Source of the DNA: Bacilli bacterium | GTDB taxonomy: Bacteria > Bacillota_I > Bacilli_A > RF39 > UBA660 | Assembly (NCBI GenBank): GCA_031549195.1 | Contig: JAVBQF010000005.1 | Span: forward strand, 13,462-77,461 | Length of the DNA: 64,000 nucleotides | Direction of reading: 5' to 3' | Shown here: positions 1-10,001 of the stretch, piece by piece | Position numbering within the stretch: position 1 is the first letter of the stretch | How the letters are laid out: each line of letters opens with the position of its first letter | Made by a program: the position numbers and the translations under genes | Notes under the pieces: model-generated | The model's input: only the letters and a program-made list of their open reading frames with translations | Databases searched by the model: none | What the model was told of the DNA's origin: nothing

Positions 1-151
1 CTTTATCTGTTCCATTTCTATAAGTTCCCTTTGAAGTACAAAACTTGCATTTGTTTTTACAATCAAAAGGGACATAAACGGTAACCATTCTATCTTTCTT
101 ACTAGATATATCATATTGAACTTCTGTGTCTGCTAAAATAAATTGATTCAT
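1..151 (-). CDS. Radical SAM enzyme, N-terminal fragment (gene continues beyond window start)
   Basis: Minus-strand translation from ATG at 149-151 gives MNQFILADTEVQYDISSKKDRMVTVYVPFDCKNKCKFCTS..., containing a CxxxCxxC radical-SAM cluster motif; RBS-like ggtgagg upstream. Truncated by window edge. Confidence 0.45.
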   Translation of the reverse strand, partial: MNQFILADTEVQYDISSKKDRMVTVYVPFDCKNKCKFCTSKGTYRNGTDK

Positions 152-340
152 TTCCCTCACCTCTAAAACTATTATATAGTGAAGTTAATTATAAATATAA
201 TACATATATGTCATATTTAATATAACCAACAGTTATGAATTCAAAGACTATATTAACAATTAATATTTCATAAGCAATTCAAAATAATCCCTATCATTTA
301 CTATATTGCAAATAAAATACTGTAAGTTGATAGATATGAT

Positions 341-907
341 TTAAATATGATATTGCTTTAGAGCCTGTAGTAACATTTTACATTCTAGTTGTCTTGGCGC
401 AAAAGATAAATTACTAGTTCCATTTTCAGTTTTTTCAAACTCTTGAAAATCTATAAACTTAAGTTCAGATATTTCTCTTGGGTTTATTCTCATTGAAGCT
501 ATTTCTAGATTTGTCTTATATAAAAAAGTATCAAAAAACATATTACTTGTTCCATATGTTTCGAAATCTCTTCTCAAGCAATATAAATATATTAACTCAT
601 TTTTTTCAGCTTCAATTCCAAGTTCTTCCTTTATTTCTCTTATTGCAGTATCAATAGGTAAATCACCAGAAGTTATATGTCCTGCTACAGATATATCCCA
701 TAAACCCGGGAAAATCTTTTTGCTTTCGTCTCTTTTTTGTATTAAGATTTGATTTTTATCATTTATTATCCAAATATGCACAGCTTTATGATACAAAAGT
801 CTCTCTTTAGCATCTACTTTAGTGGTAACTTCTCCTGTTAAAGCTCCGTTTGCATCATAAACATCTACAAGCTCATTTGGATTATATTTTAAAATACTAT
901 TACTCAT
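341..907 (-). CDS. NUDIX hydrolase
   Basis: Nudix box GHITSGDLPIDTAIREIKEELG (Gx5Ex7REUxEExGU) in 188-aa ORF. Confidence 0.8.
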   Translation of the reverse strand: MSNSILKYNPNELVDVYDANGALTGEVTTKVDAKERLLYHKAVHIWIINDKNQILIQKRDESKKIFPGLWDISVAGHITSGDLPIDTAIREIKEELGIEAEKNELIYLYCLRRDFETYGTSNMFFDTFLYKTNLEIASMRINPREISELKFIDFQEFEKTENGTSNLSFAPRQLECKMLLQALKQYHI

Positions 908-1056
908 TATTACTCCTTCTCATTAGTTCAATAATTCTATAATTAATTATATATAATAAACTAATCTTAAGCAATACCCATATATTATCATGCCCTATAT
1001 AACTTTAAGAACCTATTCACTTAATAAATAAATTGTTATAAAATCCTTTTGATAAT

Positions 1057-1902
1057 CTACAACTCTCCAATATTTTTTATTATAACATTGACTTTCTGGC
1101 TAATTAGTTTCTCTGATATTTTATTTAATTTTAATAATGATGTATCTAAATCACAATTCATGGTTATCAGTTTTTCATTTACAGATATTTTATTTAAATT
1201 ATTTACTATTAGCTTTACTAATTTAGTATTACCACTATTTCTAACAAAGTTATTTATATCTCCATATTTTAATATGTTAGCAGCTGTTACCTGGCCAATC
1301 CCTTTCACACCTTGTATATTATCACATACATCTCCAGTCAATGATTTGAAACTTATATACTGTTTAGGATGAATATTATACTTTTTCTTTATTATTTCCT
1401 CGTTGTATAAAATACTATGCTTACCTCTTGATACAAGCAGGAATACATGTTTATTGATTAATTGAATAAAATCTGAATCAGTAGAAGTAATTATAAACTC
1501 AAAGCAATTAAATTTCTCATTATTTATTATAGAAGCAATATAATCGTCAGCCTCATTATTTTCAACTTCTAGATGGCAAATATTTAAATACTCTAATGCT
1601 CTTTTTATCATAAACAATTGCGAAAACGGGTTATGATTTTCATTTATGTTAGAATAATCTTTCCGATTAGCTTTATATGTCTTATCAATTTTCTCGTTAT
1701 TATTTTTGCTTGTTTCACTATCAAAAATTACAGCGACGGAATATGGTTTAAACTCCGCAACAAGTTTTTTAATACTACCAATGAAACCTATTAGGCCTTT
1801 AATCTCTCTTCCCCTAGTATTTTTTATTGATGAGGGAATACCATAAAACATTCTAAACAATAAATTATGACCATCAATTAGTAGTACTATTTTTCTTTTC
1901 AT
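1057..1902 (-). CDS. 5'-3' exonuclease (FEN/Pol I N-terminal-like, ExoIX/YpcP type)
   Basis: LLIDGHNLLFRMFY N-terminal PIN-like motif and H3TH region GDVCDNIQGVKGIGQVTAANILKYG. Confidence 0.85.
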   Translation of the reverse strand: MKRKIVLLIDGHNLLFRMFYGIPSSIKNTRGREIKGLIGFIGSIKKLVAEFKPYSVAVIFDSETSKNNNEKIDKTYKANRKDYSNINENHNPFSQLFMIKRALEYLNICHLEVENNEADDYIASIINNEKFNCFEFIITSTDSDFIQLINKHVFLLVSRGKHSILYNEEIIKKKYNIHPKQYISFKSLTGDVCDNIQGVKGIGQVTAANILKYGDINNFVRNSGNTKLVKLIVNNLNKISVNEKLITMNCDLDTSLLKLNKISEKLISQKVNVIIKNIGEL

Positions 1903-2005
1903 ATAAATTATCTCCTTTTAAACAAAAAGATAGCTATGATTAGATCATACCTATCTCTAGGGCCCAGTCCAACTGACTGAAATAAACAAATTTTTTGCAT
2001 GCTAT

Positions 2006-3097
2006 TTATTGAAATTTTGTTATATCATCTATTCTACTAGCAAAATATGGCATGCTTTTTCCTTTTTCTCTTAAGAAAATAGCAAAGGTATCATCAATAT
2101 AGAAATTTCTTGATTGATTTGGTGCTGAAGATGTCGCCTTCATATCTATTCCAGCTTCACTCTTTACTTCGCCACCCTTTTCATCTAAATAAAATTGAAT
2201 AGTTTGAATGGCTTTAGCTATTTGTCCTTCTTCCCCTTTTGCAGTTAAAAATGGTTTGTTAGCTAATTCATCATATTCTTTCAACTCATTAAATTTAAGA
2301 TTAGGTGCTTTGAATTTATCAATTGCTACATTTTTTTTACTTTCTTTATATTTATTTACTTCTATATTCATATTATCATAAATTTCCTTAAATGTATTAC
2401 CATTTGGATTCTTATAGAATATTACTTCATCTTCTGTTTTCGTATTAATAAGAATTGCAAAGTCATCATCTGAATTATAATATAACACCTCAATTTGTTC
2501 TCTTTGCTCATTAGTAGAGCTATTATCAAGCCCAAAATATTCTATATCTTTATATTCACCAAAATCTGCTTTTTCTAGTTTATTAAATTCCTTTAAATAT
2601 TCAAACTTTCTATATAACATAACATAGAAAAAATACCTATTTACATTTGAATTATCAGGATTATCTAGAGCCTCTTCTGACCAATCAAAATCATCTAAAA
2701 TATCACTTTTTTGATTGAACTTTTCCTTAATAGCTTCTTCTATTTCTTTTTTCAATTCACGTGTTTTTAGACCATACTTTTTATAATAATAATCTTCAGT
2801 TATCATATCAGTAGTAAATTCTTGTTTGTTCAAATTAGCTACCATAATTTCTTGAGGATTAAAGACGACATCATTTTTTACTACTTCATTCACCAAATCG
2901 TTCCATACTAATTGAAAGGTTCCAGTCCAAGTACTATCAGCAGTTATTTCATCCTGCATAGTTGGAACGATAGTTAATCCCTCAGTTTTTCTTGGAGCAA
3001 TAAATTCTGAGCTCTTTATTTTATTCAATAAAAAGATTACCCCAACAACAAAAATTACTATTGCTATACTGATAAAAATTTTGATCTTTTTATTCAT
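2006..3097 (-). CDS. Membrane-anchored hypothetical protein; C-terminal 60 aa resemble serpin hinge/s1C region
   Basis: N-terminal TM helix (IFISIAIVIFVVGVIFLL); C-terminus DEKGGEVKSEAGIDMKATSSAP...FYIDDTFAIFLREKG...PYFASRI resembles serpin GTEAAA hinge and FxxDRPFLFxIRE...GRV motif, but body is about 65 aa too short for a canonical serpin. Confidence 0.5.
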   Translation of the reverse strand: MNKKIKIFISIAIVIFVVGVIFLLNKIKSSEFIAPRKTEGLTIVPTMQDEITADSTWTGTFQLVWNDLVNEVVKNDVVFNPQEIMVANLNKQEFTTDMITEDYYYKKYGLKTRELKKEIEEAIKEKFNQKSDILDDFDWSEEALDNPDNSNVNRYFFYVMLYRKFEYLKEFNKLEKADFGEYKDIEYFGLDNSSTNEQREQIEVLYYNSDDDFAILINTKTEDEVIFYKNPNGNTFKEIYDNMNIEVNKYKESKKNVAIDKFKAPNLKFNELKEYDELANKPFLTAKGEEGQIAKAIQTIQFYLDEKGGEVKSEAGIDMKATSSAPNQSRNFYIDDTFAIFLREKGKSMPYFASRIDDITKFQ

Positions 3098-3179
3098 TAT
3101 ATTTCCTCATTTCTATACCATGATAGTTTATCTTAAAGTATTTGATAGTTAAATTGTATCTTTTTTTACTGAACATTAA

Positions 3180-4007
3180 TTATATTTCATATAAAACAAC
3201 CGTCTTCTCTTTTCCGTATTTCTCATAATCAGTTTCTGCAACAGCTTCAACATAATCATCAAATGTGTTTGAATCAAAAGTTTTGATATTGCTAAAGAAG
3301 TCACCTCTATTAAAATAATTTATAAATCCATCAGAATATACAATTACATAGTCTCCCTTACTAATTTTTACAATTCCATTTCTTATATAATGCTCTGCTT
3401 CTTTCTCTCCAGTTATAGCACCATATGAATATTTATTTTCAGGTTTATTTCTATAATCTCGTCTTACAATTAAACGAGCATTAGGATTATGCCAAGGATA
3501 TCCTTTTGCATCAAAATACTTATCAACTCTACTCATATCATCATCTGTTTGAAACTTAATGTTACCATTTTTATCAAATACAATTATTCCGCAATCACAA
3601 ATATATGCATATTCTAGCAACTCATTTCTAATCCTTATTGCAGATGCAACTGCACCATAATAATCATTAACTAAATAATCAACTGTTTCAATATATATAT
3701 CATTGACATGTTTCACTTTTTCATTTGCACTAATAAGCATTGCTGTCAATGTTAACTTCTCACCAGACATTTTTTGAAATTGATTACAAATAGTCTTAGA
3801 AGCAATTTCTGCACCGCTTGGCCTTGGATATTGTTTTATCATCTCTTCAAAATTTAATATTGATAAATCTTCCACAGAATCTCTAGTTATTCCATCTGCA
3901 ACAACTGCCATACTATCTTCACTATAGTATGAATCTTCTATTGGAAAATTACTATTCTTTGTTTTTATATTTTCATAAGTTTTAGAATATAAAAGCATTT
4001 TACCCAC
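3180..4007 (-). CDS. PP2C-family (PPM/SpoIIE-like) serine/threonine phosphatase
   Basis: MAVVADGIT (metal-binding DG motif) and VIVYSDGFINYF C-terminal aspartate motif typical of PPM phosphatases. Confidence 0.6.
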   Translation of the reverse strand: MGKMLLYSKTYENIKTKNSNFPIEDSYYSEDSMAVVADGITRDSVEDLSILNFEEMIKQYPRPSGAEIASKTICNQFQKMSGEKLTLTAMLISANEKVKHVNDIYIETVDYLVNDYYGAVASAIRIRNELLEYAYICDCGIIVFDKNGNIKFQTDDDMSRVDKYFDAKGYPWHNPNARLIVRRDYRNKPENKYSYGAITGEKEAEHYIRNGIVKISKGDYVIVYSDGFINYFNRGDFFSNIKTFDSNTFDDYVEAVAETDYEKYGKEKTVVLYEI

Positions 4008-4122
4008 CTCACAATAAAATTATATTATATAATACTATTTATGTTAATAACTTTTTATAACTCAATTATATCATTTCCTAACAAAAAAACGAACTACTTT
4101 GACATAGTCCGTCATTTTTTAA

Positions 4123-4209
4123 TGGTGCCCGAGGTCGGACTTGAACCGACATGATATTGCTATCACTGGATTTTGAGTCCAGCGCGTCTACCGATTTCAC
4201 CACTCGGGC
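4123..4209 (-). tRNA. tRNA-Leu (anticodon CAA) with long variable arm and encoded CCA
   Basis: Reverse complement reads GCCCGAGTGGTGAAATCGGTAGACGCGCTGGACTCAAAATCCAG...GTCGGTTCAAGTCCGACCTCGGGCACCA: 7-bp acceptor stem, anticodon loop CTCAAAA, long variable arm, GTTCAAGTC T-loop. Confidence 0.85.
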
Positions 4210-4259
4210 ATAAACAAATTATAGCATATCAAATAAAATAAGAAAAGAATAAACTTTTC

Positions 4260-5963
4260 TTATTTACCAATGATATCTACATATTTTTCATTATTCTTCA
4301 TAAGTTCTTGATGTTTCCCTATTGCATCAATATGACCTTGCTCTAGTACAATAATCTTATTTGCCTTAGATAATATATTTTCTTCATTAGAAACAATTAT
4401 TATAGTGTGATCTTTTTTCATCTTTTCTAATATTTCCATTACATTTCCTTTTGTAGCATTATCCAAAGATCCAAAAGCATCGTCAAATAGCATGATTTTT
4501 GGTTCCTTTAATAGTACTCTTGCAATACTTAAAAGATTTGTGACTGTTGGATTTATATTATCACCTGTACTTGTAAGCATTGTATTATAGCCGCTTTTAA
4601 GCTTTGTAATATACTCATGAATACCTAATTCCTTACAAATATTAACAATTCTTCTAAAATCATTATTAATTACACTTAGGTTATCTTTAATACTTATATT
4701 AAAGAAAGTTGATTCTGTATTTACTGAGGATACTAAATTATAGTAATCATCTGTACTGTAACTATTTACATCAGCACCACCGATTAAAATATCCCCCTCA
4801 TGTTGCCTATTAAGCCTAAGAAGTAAATCTATAATGCCTGTTTTACCACTACCAGCTTTACCAGATATACAAGTAATCTCATTTTTATTAATATCAAAAC
4901 TTACTTTATCAAGAGTTGGATTATCCTTATAACCATACAAGACATTGCTAAATATTATTGAGCCATCAAATTCTTCAGTTGACTCTTCCTTTTTATCATC
5001 ATCTACTCTACTATATTCAATTATTTTATTGAATCTGTTTTCAGATACTTTTAAGTTTCTAAAATTGACATTAATAGTAGTAAACTCACTAAAGTTATCT
5101 ACTAACTGTCCATAATAATTATAAACAACAATTAATACTCCAAGTTCCATTTGTCCTTGAGATATTAAATATATTCCATAAATAAATAGTCCTAATTTAA
5201 ATAATTCTATTAAACCTAAAATTATATATTTAAAAGCATCTTCTGTTGTTCGTTGCTTTAATATTGCTTCTATATAATTATCTGTTGATGATTCACTTCT
5301 TTCCTTGATTGCTGGAAATATATTAAATGCCTTTATTTCTTTTATGCAAAGAAGCATTTCATGTAATACTCCACTTTTCTTATCAAGCTCTTGTGCCCTC
5401 ACAGAATTTACTTTTTCTATTTTCTTACTTGATATCATGATTATGAAAAGAGCGATTAGTGATACTCCAACACCTGCAAATCCAATAAAAATATTTATAG
5501 TAAAGAAATATACAAATATTATAAAGAACTCTGCTACCTTAATTAATCTTACAGGCAAATTACAATAAAAATCACACATTACACCAATATCATTATTCAT
5601 AATGTTCATATATTCACCAATGCTAATACGAGACAAGCTGAACAGCGAATTATTATATGTGCTTTTAAGTCCATATTCATTATATACTTTATACATTTTA
5701 TTATACAGTTTATGCCAATAATAAGTGCTTAACCAATCAACAAAACGATACACTATTATCACACCAATCATGATAAATAGCATTAAATAAGCGTTATCAT
5801 AATCACTTTTAGAGATACTATCAACAGCCATACCAAATAGCATAGGAATAATCATAACTGCTGCTCTTACTATAAAAGAAGTAATAAATTTAAACAGCAA
5901 TTCAACTTTAGACTTCTTAAGTGCTTCTTTAGTTATTCCTCTTGCATCTAACTTCTTATTCAT
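4260..5963 (-). CDS. ABC transporter, fused permease/ATP-binding protein (exporter type)
   Basis: Six N-terminal TM segments; Walker A SGKAGSGKTG, ABC signature region and Walker B MLFDDAF in the C-terminal half. Confidence 0.85.
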   Translation of the reverse strand: MNKKLDARGITKEALKKSKVELLFKFITSFIVRAAVMIIPMLFGMAVDSISKSDYDNAYLMLFIMIGVIIVYRFVDWLSTYYWHKLYNKMYKVYNEYGLKSTYNNSLFSLSRISIGEYMNIMNNDIGVMCDFYCNLPVRLIKVAEFFIIFVYFFTINIFIGFAGVGVSLIALFIIMISSKKIEKVNSVRAQELDKKSGVLHEMLLCIKEIKAFNIFPAIKERSESSTDNYIEAILKQRTTEDAFKYIILGLIELFKLGLFIYGIYLISQGQMELGVLIVVYNYYGQLVDNFSEFTTINVNFRNLKVSENRFNKIIEYSRVDDDKKEESTEEFDGSIIFSNVLYGYKDNPTLDKVSFDINKNEITCISGKAGSGKTGIIDLLLRLNRQHEGDILIGGADVNSYSTDDYYNLVSSVNTESTFFNISIKDNLSVINNDFRRIVNICKELGIHEYITKLKSGYNTMLTSTGDNINPTVTNLLSIARVLLKEPKIMLFDDAFGSLDNATKGNVMEILEKMKKDHTIIIVSNEENILSKANKIIVLEQGHIDAIGKHQELMKNNEKYVDIIGK

Positions 5964-5965
5964 AA

Positions 5966-6526
5966 TTACTCCTCTTTATATTTTGATTCATATAAATCTT
6001 TATCATCAGTCTCTTCATATACTATTTTATCAAACTTAGGTAATTCTTCTTTTGACGCTAAACCAAAGTAATCTAAGAATTCGCTTGTCGTTGCATACAA
6101 TGTTGGCCTACCTATACTATCGCTTTTACCGACTTCTTTTACAAAGCCTTTAGCGCATAATCTTCTTACCATATCACGACTCCCTACACCCCTTATTTCT
6201 TCAATCATACTTACAGTAAGTGGCTCGTTATAAGCGATTATTGCAAGCGTTTCAAGTGCAGCTTGTGTAAGCGCATTTGTCTCTGGATTCTCTATTAATT
6301 TTTGATAATAATCCCTATGTTCTTTTTTAGTTGTTAGTTTAAAGCTATTACCAAGGAAATTGATTCGAATTCCCCTATCTTCCTTTTCATATTGTTCTCT
6401 TAATTCCATTACTAATGCTTTTGCATCCTCTTCATTAAGTTCTAATATATCTTCTATTTGATTAAGAGTAAGACCTTCATCTCCAACAACAAATAATAGA
6501 CCTTCTAATACTGCTAATTTATTCAT
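5966..6526 (-). CDS. scpB: Segregation and condensation protein B
   Basis: LEGLLFVVGDEGLTL...LETLAIIAYNEPLT typical ScpB winged-helix tandem; located downstream of scpA. Confidence 0.9.
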   Translation of the reverse strand: MNKLAVLEGLLFVVGDEGLTLNQIEDILELNEEDAKALVMELREQYEKEDRGIRINFLGNSFKLTTKKEHRDYYQKLIENPETNALTQAALETLAIIAYNEPLTVSMIEEIRGVGSRDMVRRLCAKGFVKEVGKSDSIGRPTLYATTSEFLDYFGLASKEELPKFDKIVYEETDDKDLYESKYKEE

Positions 6527-7236
6527 TATGCCACCTCACAGATAATTTCTCCAAATTTATCTTCTTGAGTAATTTTCAACTCATTCTTTCTAGCCATTTC
6601 AAGTATTGCCAAAAATGTTACCACTACATATTCTTTGGTTAAAACATCAAACAATTCAAGAAAATTAACTCTCTTTTTGATATGTAAAATATTTCTTATG
6701 GAAATTCTTCTTTCTTCTACACTTATCTCTTTTTTTGTTACCTTAGTACTTATCGGTTGATTTTGTTTTTGTCTCTCCAAAAATTTACTAAAAGCATCTA
6801 ATAAATCATCCAGGGTAACATCACTATTTTTTATTACATTATCATCTACATATTCAGTATAACTTGTAGGTAGTTTTGTAAATATTGTTTTTCTTTCTTC
6901 TTCTAAGTTCTTAAAAGCTTGAGTTAAATCCTTATATCTTTGATATTCAATTAATTTTTTAACTAAAGTCTCCTTAGGATCATCCTCTTCCTCTACTTCC
7001 TCTTCTCTTCGTGGAAGTAGCATTCTTGATTTCATTTCAAGTAATTCACTAGCCATCACCAAATAACTGCTTGCAATATCCAAATTCAACTTTTCCATAG
7101 CTTTAATATAAGCCATATATTGATCTGTTATTTTCTCAATAGATAAATCCAATATATTCATCTTTGATTCTTTTATTAAGTGAAGTAAAAGATCTAATGG
7201 ACCTTCAAATTCATCTATCTTAAGCGTATATTCCAT
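6526..7236 (-). CDS. scpA: Segregation and condensation protein A (likely start at internal Met MEYTLK)
   Basis: MEYTLKIDEFEGPLDLLLHLIKESKMNILDLSIEKITDQY is the conserved ScpA N-terminus; ORF-track start at 7305 adds an implausible 23-aa hydrophobic extension. Confidence 0.85.
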   Translation of the reverse strand: MEYTLKIDEFEGPLDLLLHLIKESKMNILDLSIEKITDQYMAYIKAMEKLNLDIASSYLVMASELLEMKSRMLLPRREEEVEEEDDPKETLVKKLIEYQRYKDLTQAFKNLEEERKTIFTKLPTSYTEYVDDNVIKNSDVTLDDLLDAFSKFLERQKQNQPISTKVTKKEISVEERRISIRNILHIKKRVNFLELFDVLTKEYVVVTFLAILEMARKNELKITQEDKFGEIICEVA

Positions 7237-7311
7237 ATAATCACTACCTATCATCATAATAATGATATCATAATTTTCAATTATTAAAAAGAAAAAGAAC
7301 TCCAATAGTCC

Positions 7312-7731
7312 TTAATCTTCTATAAATAAAATATTGTTATTAAAATCTTCTTTTAATTCTCTATAACTATTCTCATCACCAATAAAAATTACTTCGTCGA
7401 ACTTATCAATATGAGATAAGTAATTATTATAATTATTAGAGATGTCTAAGATAATAGATATATTTGATTTTAAACTTTCAAAATTCTTTATTAAATAATG
7501 AGATATTCCTAAATAGTTATTATTTGTAAATACTATTACATTCTTTATGTTATATAGAATTGCACTAACGATAACCTTGTATGTAATATATGGATTACCT
7601 TCTGATAGAACTAGTATATTATTTAAACCATTTAATTCCTTAAGTACTTTTATATTATCTTTAATACTTAATAAAAACTCCTCAATATTAAATATATCCC
7701 CCATTACTTCTTTATCGACTTCATACATCTT
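7312..7731 (-). CDS. Hypothetical protein (start uncertain; 7839 in ORF track would overlap upstream gene)
   Basis: Open frame with coding-like composition; no recognisable motif. Internal Met MYEVDK avoids 95-nt overlap with 7745..9388. Confidence 0.35.
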   Translation of the reverse strand, partial: KMYEVDKEVMGDIFNIEEFLLSIKDNIKVLKELNGLNNILVLSEGNPYITYKVIVSAILYNIKNVIVFTNNNYLGISHYLIKNFESLKSNISIILDISNNYNNYLSHIDKFDEVIFIGDENSYRELKEDFNNNILFIED

Positions 7732-7744
7732 ATATAGTATTTCT

Positions 7745-9388
7745 CTATTTTCCAGCAGAAGTTGTTGGTACTGCTCCAAGAGCTCTACATTTTGCACTAC
7801 TATCACCATCCAATGATTTAACACTTCCGAGTTGTTCACCTAAAATTCTAAGAGTATCTAAATGATCTGTTGTATATCCTGTACTATTAATTTCTCTTTG
7901 AACACGATCCTGCCATGTAGGAACATTTAGTCTTTTTTTAGTATGATAAATTCTCTTAACATTTGAATTTTCTGTACTATTTATACGTTCTAATATTTCA
8001 GGTTTTGATAACTGTGACAACTCGATAAAATTGTTAACTGACATTACATAAATAGCCTGCCCAGTTGCTGGTATATTACGTCCTTCATCTAAGTAAAATC
8101 TTTCAAATATTACTTTACCATTAGGATAAACATACCCAACATACCCAGAAAATTTATCTTTTCCTCTTAGTTTAATATCATATCCTGTACTATCAAAGCA
8201 AGCCAATTTTTCTTCCAATAACGCATTGGCAGATTCTTGTTCTAGCCTAAGTTCTTCAGAGCTTTTCCTAGTTTTCATTCTTAGTGACTGTGTCCCATTT
8301 GTTATTGATTCTATTTTTTCTCCTTCTGGTATAACTTCCCAGTTAAGTGCAGTCTCAGCAATAAGTGCCTTTCGTCTTGCAATCTCTTCTTCTCTTGCAA
8401 TCTCAGCCAATCGTTGTTCATATGCCTGACCCATTGCATCTTTTGCTCCCTGATAACTTCCAGCATAATCTATTTTTCCATTAAGTGTTTTATCTGGTGG
8501 CAATGAGTTAATAAATTTTGTGTATATCTCATTAAGTAAACTTGCTGTTACAGTAGTATCAAGTCCAGAAATATTAATATATCTTATTCTGCAACTTTTA
8601 TCTTCTTGACCTCTTAAACTATTTATTGCTAACAAAGTACTATAACCATCGTTAAGTAAGTCCCCAACAGTTTCATCTTTTATATTTCCAGCTACAAAAC
8701 TTTCATAACAAATTAAAAGTGCTAACTTTTCTAAATTAATATCGTCCAATATTGAATAATCCAATTCTCTATCAAGCTTCTCTATGAAATTAGGTAAATA
8801 TCTAATTAATTTAATTATTCTATTTTTTCTATATTCATTAAAATCCATAATAGTAGCTGTTGGATGATTCTTTTTAAAACGTTTATATTTACCCTTGGTA
8901 ATTTCTGACTCATCTGGTAAAGTTCTTATATCAAAACTTGCAACTTCTTTCCTTTTTTCCCTTAGGGATTCAATTATACGATTTAACAATTCATCATTAG
9001 ATAACGATAATACCTCATCCCTATCTATATTTAATTCTTCATATGCAATTAGTTTCGTTAATAAAGCAACTCTACATCCTTTAAATATTCTACGAGTTAA
9101 TTTATTATAATCATCTTTACAGTTAGGAGCAAGCTCGATTATCCAAAACAAATCTTCTGGCTGACAGGCTATATCACTATCTGTAATAATATCACCAGAT
9201 CCAGATTTCCACCAATTCAGTAATTTATTTTTTAGGTTTTCTTTTGCTTTTTCATTATCACAACACGCCAATAAACTTTCTATTGTTATAGGAACAGAAG
9301 TAGGATGTGGATAACTTAAGTTAATCAATGCTTTAACATCATGATTTTCAAATATTTTTGTATAATCAGGTAATTCTGATGCTTCCAT
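7745..9388 (-). CDS. Large hypothetical protein (547 aa), coiled-coil centre, no recognisable catalytic motif
   Basis: Long uninterrupted ORF with good RBS context; central AEIAREEEIARRKALIAETALNWE coiled-coil-like stretch; Cys-poor, soluble. Function unknown. Confidence 0.6.
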   Translation of the reverse strand: MEASELPDYTKIFENHDVKALINLSYPHPTSVPITIESLLACCDNEKAKENLKNKLLNWWKSGSGDIITDSDIACQPEDLFWIIELAPNCKDDYNKLTRRIFKGCRVALLTKLIAYEELNIDRDEVLSLSNDELLNRIIESLREKRKEVASFDIRTLPDESEITKGKYKRFKKNHPTATIMDFNEYRKNRIIKLIRYLPNFIEKLDRELDYSILDDINLEKLALLICYESFVAGNIKDETVGDLLNDGYSTLLAINSLRGQEDKSCRIRYINISGLDTTVTASLLNEIYTKFINSLPPDKTLNGKIDYAGSYQGAKDAMGQAYEQRLAEIAREEEIARRKALIAETALNWEVIPEGEKIESITNGTQSLRMKTRKSSEELRLEQESANALLEEKLACFDSTGYDIKLRGKDKFSGYVGYVYPNGKVIFERFYLDEGRNIPATGQAIYVMSVNNFIELSQLSKPEILERINSTENSNVKRIYHTKKRLNVPTWQDRVQREINSTGYTTDHLDTLRILGEQLGSVKSLDGDSSAKCRALGAVPTTSAGK

Positions 9389-9523
9389 ATTATCTTCTCC
9401 TTTTTTACTTTAATTTATTAATAACACGAATTAATTGACTGTTATTTTATCACATTTTCTCTTATAAATCAAGAATTAATAAAAGCCATTCCTTTCAAAA
9501 TTAAATATTAATACACTTATAAT

Positions 9524-9551
9524 TACAAAATAGTACCGTTTATGGTACTAT
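9524..9551 (-). terminator. Rho-independent terminator downstream of gtrA-like gene
   Basis: Minus-strand RNA AUAGUACCAUAAACGGUACUAU hairpin followed by UUUUGUAAUU. Confidence 0.5.
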
Positions 9552-9578
9552 CTTATTTACTATTAATTAATATATCGT

Positions 9579-9998
9579 CTAATTATCTAATGATTTTCCA
9601 AAGGTGAATATCTTATTTAAAATAAATTGGGTAACAGCAACAAATACTATTGATAATAGCTTAACAATAGTCTCATCGAATCCCATCATTTTTACAAAAA
9701 CATGCATTATAACCATAGATAGTACTAGACCTATATATCCAACAAAATAAAATCTCGCGGCTCTTTTTACTACTTTATCTTTCTTTTTAAAATTGAAGTA
9801 AGTATTCAAGAAAAATGACAATGTTATCCCTAAATTTATACTTATAAAATTTGCCAAATAGAAATTTAAATTAACATTTCTTAATAAAGTAAAACTTATG
9901 GCATCTAATGCTGCGGATGTCGCGCCAATTATACCATATAATAATATTTCTTTAATAATTGGATATTTCTTTAATAATCCCATTAATTTTTTCTTCAT
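9579..9998 (-). CDS. GtrA-family membrane protein (polysaccharide/teichoic acid glycosylation flippase-like)
   Basis: 139 aa, four TM helices, GtrA signature layout (LYGIIGATSAALD...FVGYIGLV...FILNKIFTF). Confidence 0.8.
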   Translation of the reverse strand: MKKKLMGLLKKYPIIKEILLYGIIGATSAALDAISFTLLRNVNLNFYLANFISINLGITLSFFLNTYFNFKKKDKVVKRAARFYFVGYIGLVLSMVIMHVFVKMMGFDETIVKLLSIVFVAVTQFILNKIFTFGKSLDN

Positions 9999-10001
9999 AA
10001 T

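Noticed and set aside
1049-1372. Plus-strand 107-aa ORF inside the 5'-3' exonuclease gene. The same applies to other short ORFs antisense to long minus-strand genes: 5305..5568, 7547..7816, 8226..8429, 8895..9110, 9898..10101, 10422..10697, 13084..13416, 14413..14649, 14787..14999, 15588..15779, 18344..18535, 18751..18936, 22023..22283, 28521..28916, 30284..30499, 30749..31021, 32405..32650, 33613..33834, 34381..34587, 34705..34911, 35596..35778, 37737..37979, 40129..40374, 43476..43724, 46581..46922, 50364..50567, 50652..50837, 51293..51490, 52243..52593, 52885..53148, 54999..55283, 55857..56150, 57411..57605, 57584..57910, 58259..58489, 58932..59144.
   Set aside because: All lie antisense within well-supported longer genes, have low-complexity AT-rich-driven composition and no RBS. 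They are typical shadow ORFs.
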